Assembly (NCBI GenBank): GCA_028867755.1
Contig: JAGWFT010000001.1
Span: forward strand, 292,727-356,726
Length of the DNA stretch: 64,000 nt
Reading direction: 5' to 3'
Source of the DNA: Nitrososphaerota archaeon
GTDB lineage: Archaea; Thermoproteota; Nitrososphaeria; Nitrososphaerales; Nitrosopumilaceae
Positions 19,313 to 29,253 of the stretch are shown piece by piece (the stretch's first letter is position 1; each line of letters begins with the position of its first letter). Made by a program: the position numbers and the translations under genes. The notes beneath the pieces were generated by a model, which did not search any database, was not told where the DNA came from, and was given only the letters and a program-made list of their open reading frames with translations.

Positions 19313-20004
19313 GCTTGTACTTTCCTGGTTTTTACACTCGATGTTTTATGTGGAAGTAATGGCATGATCATTTTTCTTACCATTTTCTGTTGTTCCTCAA
19401 TGTTCAATGTTCCATCTATTATGGTAAATCCCTCTGGCTCTGCCAGAGCATCATACTGTTCAATTATTCTTCCTTGAAATACTCTATAACTCTCATAAGG
19501 ATCATTACTCAAGTTCAGGTCCATTCCTGCTTCATAATACTTTAGTTTGGGGCGGCCTACCAGTATTCTGTCAACTGCAATATCTACTGGAACTCTAAAG
19601 TAAAAAGCTAAATCTGGCTTGATAGCAAAATCATAAACCTTTCTGACCCAATCCGGATTGCAGCCTCTTACAATATCTCTTACAAAAGCAGTGTAAACAT
19701 ATCTGTCTGCCAGTACAAAATATCCTGCACGAAGCAAAGGCAGAATGTTTCTTTCATATCTATCAGCAAAATCTGTTGCATGTAAAAGACTAAAGGTAGT
19801 AGGTGTAAGCAGTCCCTTTTTCTTTCCTTTCGAAGTTATTTCCTTTACCATCTCTGAAGAATTCCACTCTGACTTGAAAATATTGATTCCCTTGTAACCA
19901 AGCCATTTTTCTAAAAGGTGAATCTGGGTTGATTTTCCTGAACCATCTATTCCTTCTACAACAATAAGTTTCCCTTCCATCTTCGATGGTTTTGTTGCTT
20001 TCAA
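19309..20004 (-). CDS. Thymidylate-kinase-like protein with canonical P-loop (probable catalytic subunit of a heteromeric polyphosphate kinase)
   Basis: EGIDGSGKSTQ, LADRYVYT, KPDLAFYF; sits in a ppx/sixA/CHAD/pst cluster. Confidence 0.78.
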   Translation of the reverse strand: MKATKPSKMEGKLIVVEGIDGSGKSTQIHLLEKWLGYKGINIFKSEWNSSEMVKEITSKGKKKGLLTPTTFSLLHATDFADRYERNILPLLRAGYFVLADRYVYTAFVRDIVRGCNPDWVRKVYDFAIKPDLAFYFRVPVDIAVDRILVGRPKLKYYEAGMDLNLSNDPYESYRVFQGRIIEQYDALAEPEGFTIIDGTLNIEEQQKMVRKMIMPLLPHKTSSVKTRKVQA

Positions 20005-20267
20005 GGTAATCTAATAACCCCCCCATCCATTTTTAGGTCTTCCACTTCTTGTACTCATTTTGTATACTGTAATCAAACCTCTTAACAATGTAAATTATGT
20101 TTGTAACTACAATTATGACCTTGATCTATATAGTCCTCATAAGCATATGAAAGATAAGAAATTATAGTCACATATTAGATATCTCACTAAATTTCACCTT
20201 TACATGTGAATAAGATAATTTGTAACTTTACAAAAGTTCTTGTATGAATTAAGGTGATGATATCAGA

Positions 20268-20765
20268 ATGGACTTGTTTATCTTAAGACATGGGGAGGCA
20301 GGCAGAAGCTCTGCCACGGTGAGGGATGATTCAAAAAGAACTCTATCCGTTGAAGGAGAAAAGGAAGTCAAAGACATTTCAAAAGGAATCAAAAGCCTTG
20401 GAATAGAATTTGATTATATCTTAACTAGTCCGCTTTTGCGATCAAAGCAAACTGCAGAACTAGTCTCAAAAATTATAATGCCTAAAAACCCAATTAAAGA
20501 ATTAGATGAGCTAAAGCCTGAAGGCAACAAGCTACAATTCTACAATAAACTATCTAATCTAAAACAGGACTCCTCGGTGCTCATTGTGGGACATGAGCCA
20601 TATCTGAGTGAACTGATAGGAGAGGCGATATCACATGGGGAATGCAAAATAGATTTGAAAAAAGCAAGTCTTGCTCGTATCAGGATAACAATCACGCTTC
20701 CAAAACTTAAAGGAGAATTGAGATGGTTGCTTACTCCGAAACATTTGAAGAGAATGGCTCGATGA
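20268..20765 (+). CDS. sixA: Phosphohistidine phosphatase
   Basis: LRHG, LTSP..RS.QTA, LIVGHEP. Confidence 0.92.
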   Translation: MDLFILRHGEAGRSSATVRDDSKRTLSVEGEKEVKDISKGIKSLGIEFDYILTSPLLRSKQTAELVSKIIMPKNPIKELDELKPEGNKLQFYNKLSNLKQDSSVLIVGHEPYLSELIGEAISHGECKIDLKKASLARIRITITLPKLKGELRWLLTPKHLKRMAR

Positions 20766-20857
20766 TCTGTGTATTCTATATTTTTCACTTGGTAAAAAAA
20801 TGTAAATCTAATCTAGATTAATAGTGATATGTCTATATCGAAACGAGGTAATGTTGG

Positions 20858-22366
20858 CTGAAAATATCAGTAATTGATTTAGGATACAACTCGGCCAAGT
20901 TAGTTACATACAACGTAAAAGATGACGACTTGTTTGACGTTTCTCAACAAGAAGGAATGAAAGTTAAGCTTGGTGAAGGGCTAGATGAAAAGGGAAAACT
21001 GGGCAAAAAGCCAATGTTGCGTGCCATTGAGACTCTAAAGCTGTTCAGAGACATAATCCAGTTACAGCCAATAAAATCTGTTTTGCCAATAGCCACAAGT
21101 GCAGTAAGGGAGGCAAGTAACAAGGACGAGTTCCTAGACGAGGTTTACAGGGAAGCAGGATTCAGATTCAAAGTACTCTCTGAAAAAGAAGAAGCGCTAT
21201 ACTCCTATGTGGGTGCCATCAAATCTCTTCAAATTCCAGATACGCTGTTTTTCGATATAGGGGGAGGTAGTCTAGAGATAGTTCATGCCGAGGGATTCAA
21301 GATAAGAAAGGTAATATCCCTACCACTAGGAGCTCTGAGATTAACACAACAATTTGATGGGGAAAATGAAAGATTCAGTGATAGAAATTATAAGAATATG
21401 AGGAGATTCATCTCAAGTCTTCTACCTGAAAAAAAGGAGATGGGTCTTGGTAAAGATGTAAAACTTGTTGGCGTTGGTGGTGTATTGCGAGCATTAGCTA
21501 GATATGATCAAAAAAATTCGAAATACCCACTAGACAAGATGCACAATTATACAATGAATCTCAAATTTGTTAACTTTGTTACAAAACAGCTTTACAAGAT
21601 GAAATATGATGACATTGCAAAGATCCCAGTCATTGGCTCTAGCAGAGCTGAAACAATAGTGGCTGGTTCTTGTGTGATAGATATACTGATGGAAAAATTT
21701 GGATTTGACAACCTGCATGTTAGCAATCATGGTCTAAGAGAGGGTGCGCTTTCAGTATTTCTTGAAAACCCAAAGGCATATCATGCAAAAAATATCACAG
21801 CAGAACAAATTCGCCAAACAATAGGGTCCAAGATCTCATTTCAGATATTCCAACATACCAAGAGCTTTGTAGAAGGTTTGGTCTCCTCAAGACTACTAAA
21901 TAAACGCGAACTTGAGATCCTCTCATATGCTGAAAAGAAAATATCAGAAAAATTATCATTCAACAATCCACAAAACCTGTTCTATTCCATAATGGATGAG
22001 GACATGGCACTAAGTCATGATAATCAATTAGTTTTGGGATTAGCTCTAGTTCATACAAGACATGTGAAAACATCCGACTGGCTATTTACAAGATACAAGT
22101 CAATTCTATCTCAAAATGACAAATCTACAATAAGAAAAATCTCGTCATTGGTTGTACTGTTAAGAGTTTTGGAGCAGACTAGGTCAAAAATAGAATTGAA
22201 GCGTTACACAGATGGAATAATGGAATTGCATGTTATGCAGTCAAAATCATTGCCAAAGCTATTGCTGAGAAATGCGCTAAATAAATTTGAAAATGCATTT
22301 GATGTCCATGTTATTTGCATGTTAAGAGATAACCAGAACATGCAGAATTCTGTTCTAGAATTATAA
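20858..22366 (+). CDS. ppx: Exopolyphosphatase (Ppx/GppA family)
   Basis: In-frame extension from CTG at 20858 gives KISVIDLGYNS; ATSAVREA, EEA, DIGGGSLE, LPLGA, GLREG. Confidence 0.9.
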   Translation: MKISVIDLGYNSAKLVTYNVKDDDLFDVSQQEGMKVKLGEGLDEKGKLGKKPMLRAIETLKLFRDIIQLQPIKSVLPIATSAVREASNKDEFLDEVYREAGFRFKVLSEKEEALYSYVGAIKSLQIPDTLFFDIGGGSLEIVHAEGFKIRKVISLPLGALRLTQQFDGENERFSDRNYKNMRRFISSLLPEKKEMGLGKDVKLVGVGGVLRALARYDQKNSKYPLDKMHNYTMNLKFVNFVTKQLYKMKYDDIAKIPVIGSSRAETIVAGSCVIDILMEKFGFDNLHVSNHGLREGALSVFLENPKAYHAKNITAEQIRQTIGSKISFQIFQHTKSFVEGLVSSRLLNKRELEILSYAEKKISEKLSFNNPQNLFYSIMDEDMALSHDNQLVLGLALVHTRHVKTSDWLFTRYKSILSQNDKSTIRKISSLVVLLRVLEQTRSKIELKRYTDGIMELHVMQSKSLPKLLLRNALNKFENAFDVHVICMLRDNQNMQNSVLEL

Positions 22367-23179
22367 AATTAATTTTCTAGGGTTATCCAGTCCCTCATTT
22401 TTAAAAACTTGAACAAATCTTTGATATTTTTCCCTTCTCTCAAGAATTTCCTCTCTTATTGTTTCTGACAATTCATGAGGTCCCTCTACTCCCCTCAAAT
22501 AATCTAGAAACATATCGCTATCATGAATTGAGCCTAGTTCATCTTGGATCTTTTTCAAACTTTTAATTGATTTTAGGGAATCTATCTTATCGGAAGTTAA
22601 TTCAATTGAGTAGCGTAGTTTCTTGAAATCTTTTCGTAGTTCATGAATCTCCTCTATTTTCTTGTCATCATTTAAGACAATGGGAATGTTACGATCTATT
22701 TCATCAATTAATTCCGATATGATTTTTTGAAATCTTTTACGAAGTTTTGTTTCCATAACATCTTTTTCTTTCAGTCTGGGCGGGGAAATGCTCTTTAATT
22801 TTAAGGCCAGTCTATGTCCTGCATTTAGCTGGTGTTTGCGTTTGCCATTTATAGAATCTATAATCTGGTTGAATTGAGTAGGATGACGTTTCTTTAATTT
22901 GGCACAAATTATGTCAAAATCCCTCATTTGCGTATTAATATTGAATAGGGCTTTGGCTTGCTTTACATAGCCCTGAATATCCTCGGCTTTTCTATTCTTT
23001 TTAGGCAAAATTCTGTAAATTGATCCCATACGTCTAATTGCTATTCTTATATCGTGAATGTTGGCCTCGTTTGGGTCTTCGATATAGTTATCTAATTTTT
23101 TGGTAAATGTCTTGATAATTTTTTTAAATTTTTTTACAAGTAATTTCTTTCTGGGATAGATTACTTGTTTTGTTCTCAT
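22361..23179 (-). CDS. CHAD-domain (polyphosphate-binding) protein
   Basis: IHDIRIAIRR, RDFD, IHELRKDFKKLRY, QDELGSIHD. Confidence 0.92.
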   Translation of the reverse strand: MRTKQVIYPRKKLLVKKFKKIIKTFTKKLDNYIEDPNEANIHDIRIAIRRMGSIYRILPKKNRKAEDIQGYVKQAKALFNINTQMRDFDIICAKLKKRHPTQFNQIIDSINGKRKHQLNAGHRLALKLKSISPPRLKEKDVMETKLRKRFQKIISELIDEIDRNIPIVLNDDKKIEEIHELRKDFKKLRYSIELTSDKIDSLKSIKSLKKIQDELGSIHDSDMFLDYLRGVEGPHELSETIREEILERREKYQRFVQVFKNEGLDNPRKLIL

Positions 23180-23271
23180 TATGATTTCATCTCCAATGAC
23201 ACGTCTTTGGATCTTCTAATTTGAATTGTTATGACAAAAAATTAACATTTTAATCGACTGGAACGTATTTT

Positions 23272-24321
23272 TTATGAGCCATTTTCCGAGATTACATCTT
23301 GCACTGTCTCGTTAATTACTGCTTCTGCAATATCGCTTGAATACTCGGCCGTTCTGCGAATATCTTCCAAAACAAACTTGATTACACTGGAATACTTTTT
23401 GGATTCTTCCAGGCTGTCTGTGAATTCTTTCTCTTTTTCAGCTATTCTGCATGCATTTGTTGCAACAACATCTGCTAGTGTATAATCTCTTTTGTTGAGA
23501 GCGGCAATTGAATCCTCGAAGACTTTGAGCGATTCCTCGCTTAGTTTTGTAATCTTTTGTAGAAGAGCTGGTTCAAGTGTAGATTTGAGAAATTTTACTC
23601 TGCTTGCTATTGAGACTGCATGGTCTGCAACCCTTTCTATTGATTTTACCACTATCCTATAGCTTATACAATCAGAGGGTTTCTTTAATCCAATATCTCG
23701 TAATATTCTTTCATGTTCTACTGCGAGTGTAAGGTTTCGTAATATGTATAGACTAAAACGATCAACCTCATCATCCAAATGAGTGATCTCTTCTCCAAGC
23801 TCTACATCCATTTCCTTCAAGGCATCAATGGCCTGTCTGTGCATTGTGATTGTTAACAAGGACATACGTTTCAAAGCATCATTTATGGAAAGCTCTGGCA
23901 GACTAGTCAAGATTTGAATTGTGATGGATTCTGGTGTTGACTCGACAATTTCTGTACCTATCATGTTTCTTCTCACAAGATCTCTTATTGCCTGCTTATG
24001 CTCTAGTTGTATCCTTCCTCCTTTGGAGTGGATCTCAATTACTTGATAACCAGACAAGTACATCGCTATCACCTTTCGTTGAATGGATTCAACTGGTTCT
24101 TTTTGGCTTATGACAGTCTTTGATTTTGCTACCTTGGATGACTGGGAGCTTCCTGTTGGTAAGATTGAAAGAGATCTATTAACATTTTTTACAATAGAAA
24201 CTGGGTCTCCTGTTTTAAGATTTAACTCATCAATCCATTTCTTAGGAAGTGAGAGTACGTAGGTAGATCCACCTACAAGCTGTAGCTTTCGTACCTCTTT
24301 CTCGTTTAGTAGTTCTGCCAA
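23272..24321 (-). CDS. Archaeal phosphate-uptake regulator (AbrB domain plus PhoU domains)
   Basis: RKLQLVGGSTYVLSLPKKW AbrB N-terminus; DDEVDRF and IERVADHA PhoU repeats. Confidence 0.92.
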   Translation of the reverse strand: MAELLNEKEVRKLQLVGGSTYVLSLPKKWIDELNLKTGDPVSIVKNVNRSLSILPTGSSQSSKVAKSKTVISQKEPVESIQRKVIAMYLSGYQVIEIHSKGGRIQLEHKQAIRDLVRRNMIGTEIVESTPESITIQILTSLPELSINDALKRMSLLTITMHRQAIDALKEMDVELGEEITHLDDEVDRFSLYILRNLTLAVEHERILRDIGLKKPSDCISYRIVVKSIERVADHAVSIASRVKFLKSTLEPALLQKITKLSEESLKVFEDSIAALNKRDYTLADVVATNACRIAEKEKEFTDSLEESKKYSSVIKFVLEDIRRTAEYSSDIAEAVINETVQDVISENGS

Positions 24322-24349
24322 TGTTTTTCTCTATATCTGTATAATTAAA

Positions 24350-24387
24350 GCGGTTATGACCGCGTTCTATGTAGTACTATATAGAAC
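24350..24387. promoter_or_regulatory. Two abutting palindromes in the regulator/pstC divergent promoter
   Basis: GCGGT-tatg-ACCGC (24350-24363) and GTTCTATGTAG-ta-CTATATAGAAC (24364-24387, one mismatch). Confidence 0.55.
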
Positions 24388-24455
24388 TATATTCAAATAT
24401 GAAACTTAAGAAATCACGGTCGAACTTCTGATATCTTTCTCGACGATCAGACAAA

Positions 24456-25433
24456 TTGTACTTGATGGAAACTGTTAAGCTAAGGGGAGGCTCTCCTCTA
24501 TATGATAAGATTTTCAAAATTGGAGCTGCTATTGCTGCCACTTATGTGCTGGCAATCATAGTTCTGATCGTAGTTCAGCTAGTTACTAACTCGTATCAAA
24601 TATGGGCTCAGGAGGGGATCTCGTTTCTGATTGGATCAGATTGGAATGCTGTAGAAGGCAGCGAATCATATGGTGCAGCACCTTACATAATAGGCACGTT
24701 TGTGACTGCCGGGCTTGCTATGCTTATCGGAGTGCCGTTAAGCATGGGCATTGCAATGTTTCTGTCAGAACTTGCACCTAAATTTCTGCGTTCTATACTC
24801 TCATTTATAGTTGAGTTGCTAGCTGCTATTCCAAGTATAATTTACGGGTTATGGGGGCTGTTCGTGTTTAGGACTTACCTTCTGAATTGGGTTGAAACCC
24901 CACTTAACAATGCTTTTGGCGGTAGTTTCTGGCTCTTCTCAGGAACTCCATTTGGACTTGATATCTTCACTGCAAGTGTAGTACTTGCTATTATGATAAT
25001 TCCAACAATAGCTTCTATTTCACGAGAGATCATGATTGCAGTTCCAAACAGCCAGAGAGAGGCTGCATACATGCTAGGTGCAACAAAGTGGGAAGTATTC
25101 AAGATGGCCGTAGTTCCATATTCCAAGTCTGGTCTTGTTGGCGCCTCAATACTTGGACTTGGACGGGCAGTAGGAGAAACCATGGCTATTACAATGTTAA
25201 TTGGAAATGCCACAGGACAAAGTGCATTCCCCTCATCTTTGTTCTCACCAGGTCAAACATTGTCAAGTATAATTGCAAATGAGTTTCCAGAAGCTTCCAG
25301 TGGAAGTCTTCACATGGCAGCACTAATTGGATGTGGATTGATACTTTTCATTATTGCAATAGTCATAAACATAGTTGCACAACTCCTAGTTTCTAGAGTA
25401 CTAAAAACACACCAAGGAGCAGTTTTAGTATGA
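24456..25433 (+). CDS. pstC: Phosphate ABC permease PstC
   Basis: ELLAAIPSIIYGLWG, REAAYMLGATKWE, LGLGRAVGETMA. Confidence 0.96.
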   Translation: MYLMETVKLRGGSPLYDKIFKIGAAIAATYVLAIIVLIVVQLVTNSYQIWAQEGISFLIGSDWNAVEGSESYGAAPYIIGTFVTAGLAMLIGVPLSMGIAMFLSELAPKFLRSILSFIVELLAAIPSIIYGLWGLFVFRTYLLNWVETPLNNAFGGSFWLFSGTPFGLDIFTASVVLAIMIIPTIASISREIMIAVPNSQREAAYMLGATKWEVFKMAVVPYSKSGLVGASILGLGRAVGETMAITMLIGNATGQSAFPSSLFSPGQTLSSIIANEFPEASSGSLHMAALIGCGLILFIIAIVINIVAQLLVSRVLKTHQGAVLV

Positions 25434-26344
25434 TCACAATAGAGCAACGAGCAGAATTTAGGAAACATTTTAGAAATAATATCTCAAGTAGGCTAATTAC
25501 CGATAAGATAGTAAAGGGAATTGTATTTGGCTGTGTTCTACTAGCCATAATTCCTCTAGGAAGTATTCTTCTTGAAATTGTAAGAAACGGAGCTCCTGTA
25601 TTGAGCATAGAATTCCTTACTGCTCCTCCTGGAGCAGTAGGATCAGATGACCCTGGTGGAATTGGTCCTGCGATTCAAGGAACTTTAATGTTAATTGGTA
25701 TGTCAAGCTTAATTGGAGTACCAGTTGGGGTCTTGGGGGGCATATTTCTTTCAGAGTATGGCAACAACAAATACGGCCAGATGATAAGATTTTTCAACGA
25801 TGTCTTGGCAGAATTTCCTACCATCGTAATAGGACTTTTTGCATTTGCGGTCATCGTACTTACACTTGGTTACTTTTCTATTGTTGCAGGAATGTTTGCA
25901 CTATCAGTTATAATGTTGCCAATTATAACAAGAACAACTGAAGAATCACTGAAGCTTGTTCCTGTGACATACAGAGAGGCAGGATATGCACTTGGAATCA
26001 AAAGATCGGTGGTAATATTTAGAATTCTGTTAACAAGTGCCAAAAGTGGCTTGATCACGGGAATCATGTTATCAATAGCAAGAATAGCAGGTGAGACGGC
26101 TCCTCTAATTTTTACAATTCTTGGTAACAGTGACTTTTTTTCAGGTTTTGATCAACCGGTGGATGCTTTACCGCTCAGAATCTACCGACTCGCAAATCTT
26201 CCTTATGACACTGCAACAGCTCAAGGATGGGGAGGGGCGTTAATTTTGATATTAATAATACTCACACTTAACGTAGGAGTAAGATACTTGTTCCTAAGAA
26301 AACGTGGAGGAGGTGGCAGATTTAGAATCGCAGCAGGTGGATAA
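25430..26344 (+). CDS. pstA: Phosphate ABC permease PstA
   Basis: [41 protein letters not shown]. Confidence 0.96.
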   Translation: MITIEQRAEFRKHFRNNISSRLITDKIVKGIVFGCVLLAIIPLGSILLEIVRNGAPVLSIEFLTAPPGAVGSDDPGGIGPAIQGTLMLIGMSSLIGVPVGVLGGIFLSEYGNNKYGQMIRFFNDVLAEFPTIVIGLFAFAVIVLTLGYFSIVAGMFALSVIMLPIITRTTEESLKLVPVTYREAGYALGIKRSVVIFRILLTSAKSGLITGIMLSIARIAGETAPLIFTILGNSDFFSGFDQPVDALPLRIYRLANLPYDTATAQGWGGALILILIILTLNVGVRYLFLRKRGGGGRFRIAAGG

Positions 26345-26345
26345 A

Positions 26346-27152
26346 ATGGAAACGCTCACAAGAACTCCGACTACACAGAAATCTTCAGAAGAACCACGAT
26401 ACAAGCTAATTGCAGAAGATATTGTTGCAAGCTACAATGGTATTCAAGCTGTAAAGAAAGTTAACATGAAATTTAGAGAAAAAGCAGTTACTGCACTAAT
26501 AGGACCATCTGGATGTGGAAAAACTACATTCCTTCGCTGTCTTAACAGAATGCATGAATTGACAAAGAGTGCCACAGTGACTGGAAAAGTTTTGCTGGAT
26601 GGTCAAGATCTGTATTCAAATCGAGAAGATGCCATTATGCACAGAAGAAAGATAGGAATGGTCTTCCAAAAACCAAATCCATTTCCTACAATGTCAATTT
26701 ATGATAACGTAGCTGCAGGACTGAAGTTAAACGGTGTAAAAGACAAAAAGGTCATGGATCAAATAGTACAAGGATGTCTAGAAATGGTATACCTCTGGGA
26801 TGAGGTAAAGCATGATCTGAAAAAGGCTGGAATGAGCCTTTCAGGAGGACAACAACAACGTCTGTGCATTGCGCGTGCCCTTGCTATACAACCCGAAGTT
26901 CTCTTGATGGATGAACCTGCATCTGCACTTGATCCAATTGCTACTCAGAAGATTGAAGAAATGATAAACGAGCTTAAAAAAGAATATACCATAATCATAG
27001 TAACACATAACATGCAGCAGGCTGTGAGAGTGTCTGATTATACCGGCTTTATGTATCTGGGAGATTTGGTTGAGTTTGGGGAGACTAAACAAATCTTTGA
27101 GAATCCAAGAAATGAGATTACGGCCAAGTATGTCCAGGGGCAATTTGGCTAG
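26346..27152 (+). CDS. pstB: Phosphate ABC ATPase PstB
   Basis: [41 protein letters not shown]; ATG at 26346 preferred. Confidence 0.97.
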   Translation: METLTRTPTTQKSSEEPRYKLIAEDIVASYNGIQAVKKVNMKFREKAVTALIGPSGCGKTTFLRCLNRMHELTKSATVTGKVLLDGQDLYSNREDAIMHRRKIGMVFQKPNPFPTMSIYDNVAAGLKLNGVKDKKVMDQIVQGCLEMVYLWDEVKHDLKKAGMSLSGGQQQRLCIARALAIQPEVLLMDEPASALDPIATQKIEEMINELKKEYTIIIVTHNMQQAVRVSDYTGFMYLGDLVEFGETKQIFENPRNEITAKYVQGQFG

Positions 27153-27779
27153 TTGACAAGACTAATAGATCCCCATCTACAAAAACTATCTTTCCTGATG
27201 GGGAAAATGGGTACAATGGCTCTTCAATCCATAAACTTGTCCTTAGATTCTTACCTTGAGGGAAAAAATGTGCGCCATGAAGCACACAAGTTGTCTCAGG
27301 AGATAATGAGCCTGTATGACGAGGTAGGCAACTTGACGTTTGAAATGATACTGAAATACCAGCCTGTTGCAAGCGATTTTAGATTAATCAGGTCATGCAT
27401 TGAGGTTTCCTATGGTTTCACTCGTTTTGGTCGCTATGCATATGACATTGCAGCAGTCAGAGACATGTTCGGTGATCTTTCAGAATGCAGAAACGATGTC
27501 ATCTACACGCTTTCAGGCGAGATAAAACATATGATAAATCTAGCAGTAGAGTGCTTTGCAACTTTGGACTTGGAAAAGACAAAGCAACTTAGAACAGATG
27601 AGGACTTGGTAGACAAGTACTATAACAAACATCTTCCAATGTTGATTAATTCCAATAATGTAAAATGCGCCCTTGCTGATGCATTGGTTCTTAGATATCT
27701 GGAAAGAATAGCTGATCACGCTGCATTCATGGGTGAGTCGGCAGAGTATATTGTCACAGGACAACGACGTTTTCACTAA
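27153..27779 (+). CDS. phoU: Phosphate transport regulator PhoU
   Basis: YQPVASDFRLI, EDLVD, YLERIADHA. Confidence 0.9.
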   Translation: MTRLIDPHLQKLSFLMGKMGTMALQSINLSLDSYLEGKNVRHEAHKLSQEIMSLYDEVGNLTFEMILKYQPVASDFRLIRSCIEVSYGFTRFGRYAYDIAAVRDMFGDLSECRNDVIYTLSGEIKHMINLAVECFATLDLEKTKQLRTDEDLVDKYYNKHLPMLINSNNVKCALADALVLRYLERIADHAAFMGESAEYIVTGQRRFH

Positions 27780-27813
27780 CTATTCTTCATAACTGTATCA
27801 TATCTATATAGTT

Positions 27814-27838
27814 AACATAGCTTATGGGTAATTATGTA
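27814..27838 (+). promoter_or_regulatory. Conserved pstS promoter box, copy 1
   Basis: AACATAGCTTATGGGTAATTATGTA; 22/25 identical to 29183-29207; both begin 71 nt before their ATG. Confidence 0.6.
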
Positions 27839-27884
27839 AACTATTCTGAACATATGTAAATAACAAATCTTTTGCCATCCAATC

Positions 27885-29063
27885 ATGAAGAAAATTCTTC
27901 TTGCATTAGTTTTCATGCTAGTGCTAATAATGCCGGCAACTATGCTACATGCAAGTGCACAGACACAGTCATATTCAATCACAGGAGCTGGCTCGACCTT
28001 TGTATTTCCACTAATGGATACATGGCGAGTGCAATACAACAATCTGCATTCCAATATACAGCTAAACTACCAATCCATTGGAAGCGGAGCAGGTATCAAG
28101 CTCTTGGAACAAAAGACTGTAGACTTTGCAGCGTCTGATGCTCCATTGCAACCATCTGAACAAGCAAAGGCGCCAGGAGTGTTGACCCTCCCAGAATCAA
28201 TTGGGGGAATAACAATATCCTACAACCTTCCTGGAATAGACAAGGGCCTTAAACTGACAGGTCCAGTAATTGCTCAGATCTTCATGGGCAATATCACTAT
28301 GTGGAACGATCCTGCCATTGCAAATCTCAATTCTGGAATCAATCTCCCAGCACAGAAGATCGAAATAGCTCATCGTTCAGATGGATCAGGAACAACCTAT
28401 GCATTTACAGATTATTTGTCCAAAGTCTATCCTCAGTGGAAAACGGTTGTAGGTCAAGGTAAAACAGTCCCATGGCCAGTAGGTACTGGCGGTCCAGGCA
28501 ATGCAGGTGTAGCCAACATTGTGAAAACTACGCCATATGCATGTGGATATGTGGAGCTTGCATACGTGTACCAAAACAACATGACATATGCATTTGTACA
28601 AAATGCTGATGGAAATGCATTTGTTGAACCCACACTAGATTCAGTAGCTGCCGATGCAGCTGCTGCATCAACAAATCTCCCAGCAGCTGATGGCGATTGG
28701 AGCAAAGTCTCTATCGTAAACCAACCTGGCAGTAATTCCTATCCAATATCTACTTTGACTTATGTAATGGTCTACAAGGACCTAAGCCAAGTAAGCGGAG
28801 AGACACAGGACAAGTCACAAGAAGTGATAAACTTCCTAAATTGGATAATACATGATGGGCAACAATATTCTTCGACGTTATTGTATGTGCCATTGCCTAA
28901 TTCAATAGTAAAGGCAGATGAACAAGGTATTGCACAAATACAGTTTGGCGGTAGCACAGTTCCGGAGTTTGGTCCAATCACAGCTCTAGTATTTACAATT
29001 GCAATTATATCTATAATTGCAGTTTCTGCTAAGACTGGTCTGCGACTTGTGTCAAAATTCTAA
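27885..29063 (+). CDS. pstS: Phosphate-binding protein PstS with PEFG-CTERM anchor
   Basis: GAGSTF, GSGAG, DFAASDAP, HRSDGSGTT, YPI; C-terminal VPEFG plus TM helix plus basic tail. Confidence 0.95.
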   Translation: MKKILLALVFMLVLIMPATMLHASAQTQSYSITGAGSTFVFPLMDTWRVQYNNLHSNIQLNYQSIGSGAGIKLLEQKTVDFAASDAPLQPSEQAKAPGVLTLPESIGGITISYNLPGIDKGLKLTGPVIAQIFMGNITMWNDPAIANLNSGINLPAQKIEIAHRSDGSGTTYAFTDYLSKVYPQWKTVVGQGKTVPWPVGTGGPGNAGVANIVKTTPYACGYVELAYVYQNNMTYAFVQNADGNAFVEPTLDSVAADAAAASTNLPAADGDWSKVSIVNQPGSNSYPISTLTYVMVYKDLSQVSGETQDKSQEVINFLNWIIHDGQQYSSTLLYVPLPNSIVKADEQGIAQIQFGGSTVPEFGPITALVFTIAIISIIAVSAKTGLRLVSKF

Positions 29064-29182
29064 AAAACCCCTTTTTTCATTTTTAAAAGATCATTTAATG
29101 AAACATATCATACACATGTGTATGCCTGCAAAACTATATAGATTTAGTTGGTCTATGATTTTAGAAATTATTTTCTGTTGTA

Positions 29183-29207
29183 AACATAACTTATAGCTAA
29201 TTATGTA
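29183..29207 (+). promoter_or_regulatory. Conserved pstS promoter box, copy 2
   Basis: AACATAACTTATAGCTAATTATGTA. Confidence 0.6.
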
Positions 29208-29253
29208 TTCTATACCGATCACTTAGAAATAACTGAGAAGATCCCATAGCCTT

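Noticed and set aside
18587-20004. Assigning tmk to either gene
   Set aside because: Tandem arrangement, a variant P-loop and polyphosphate context argue against a simple dTMP kinase role.
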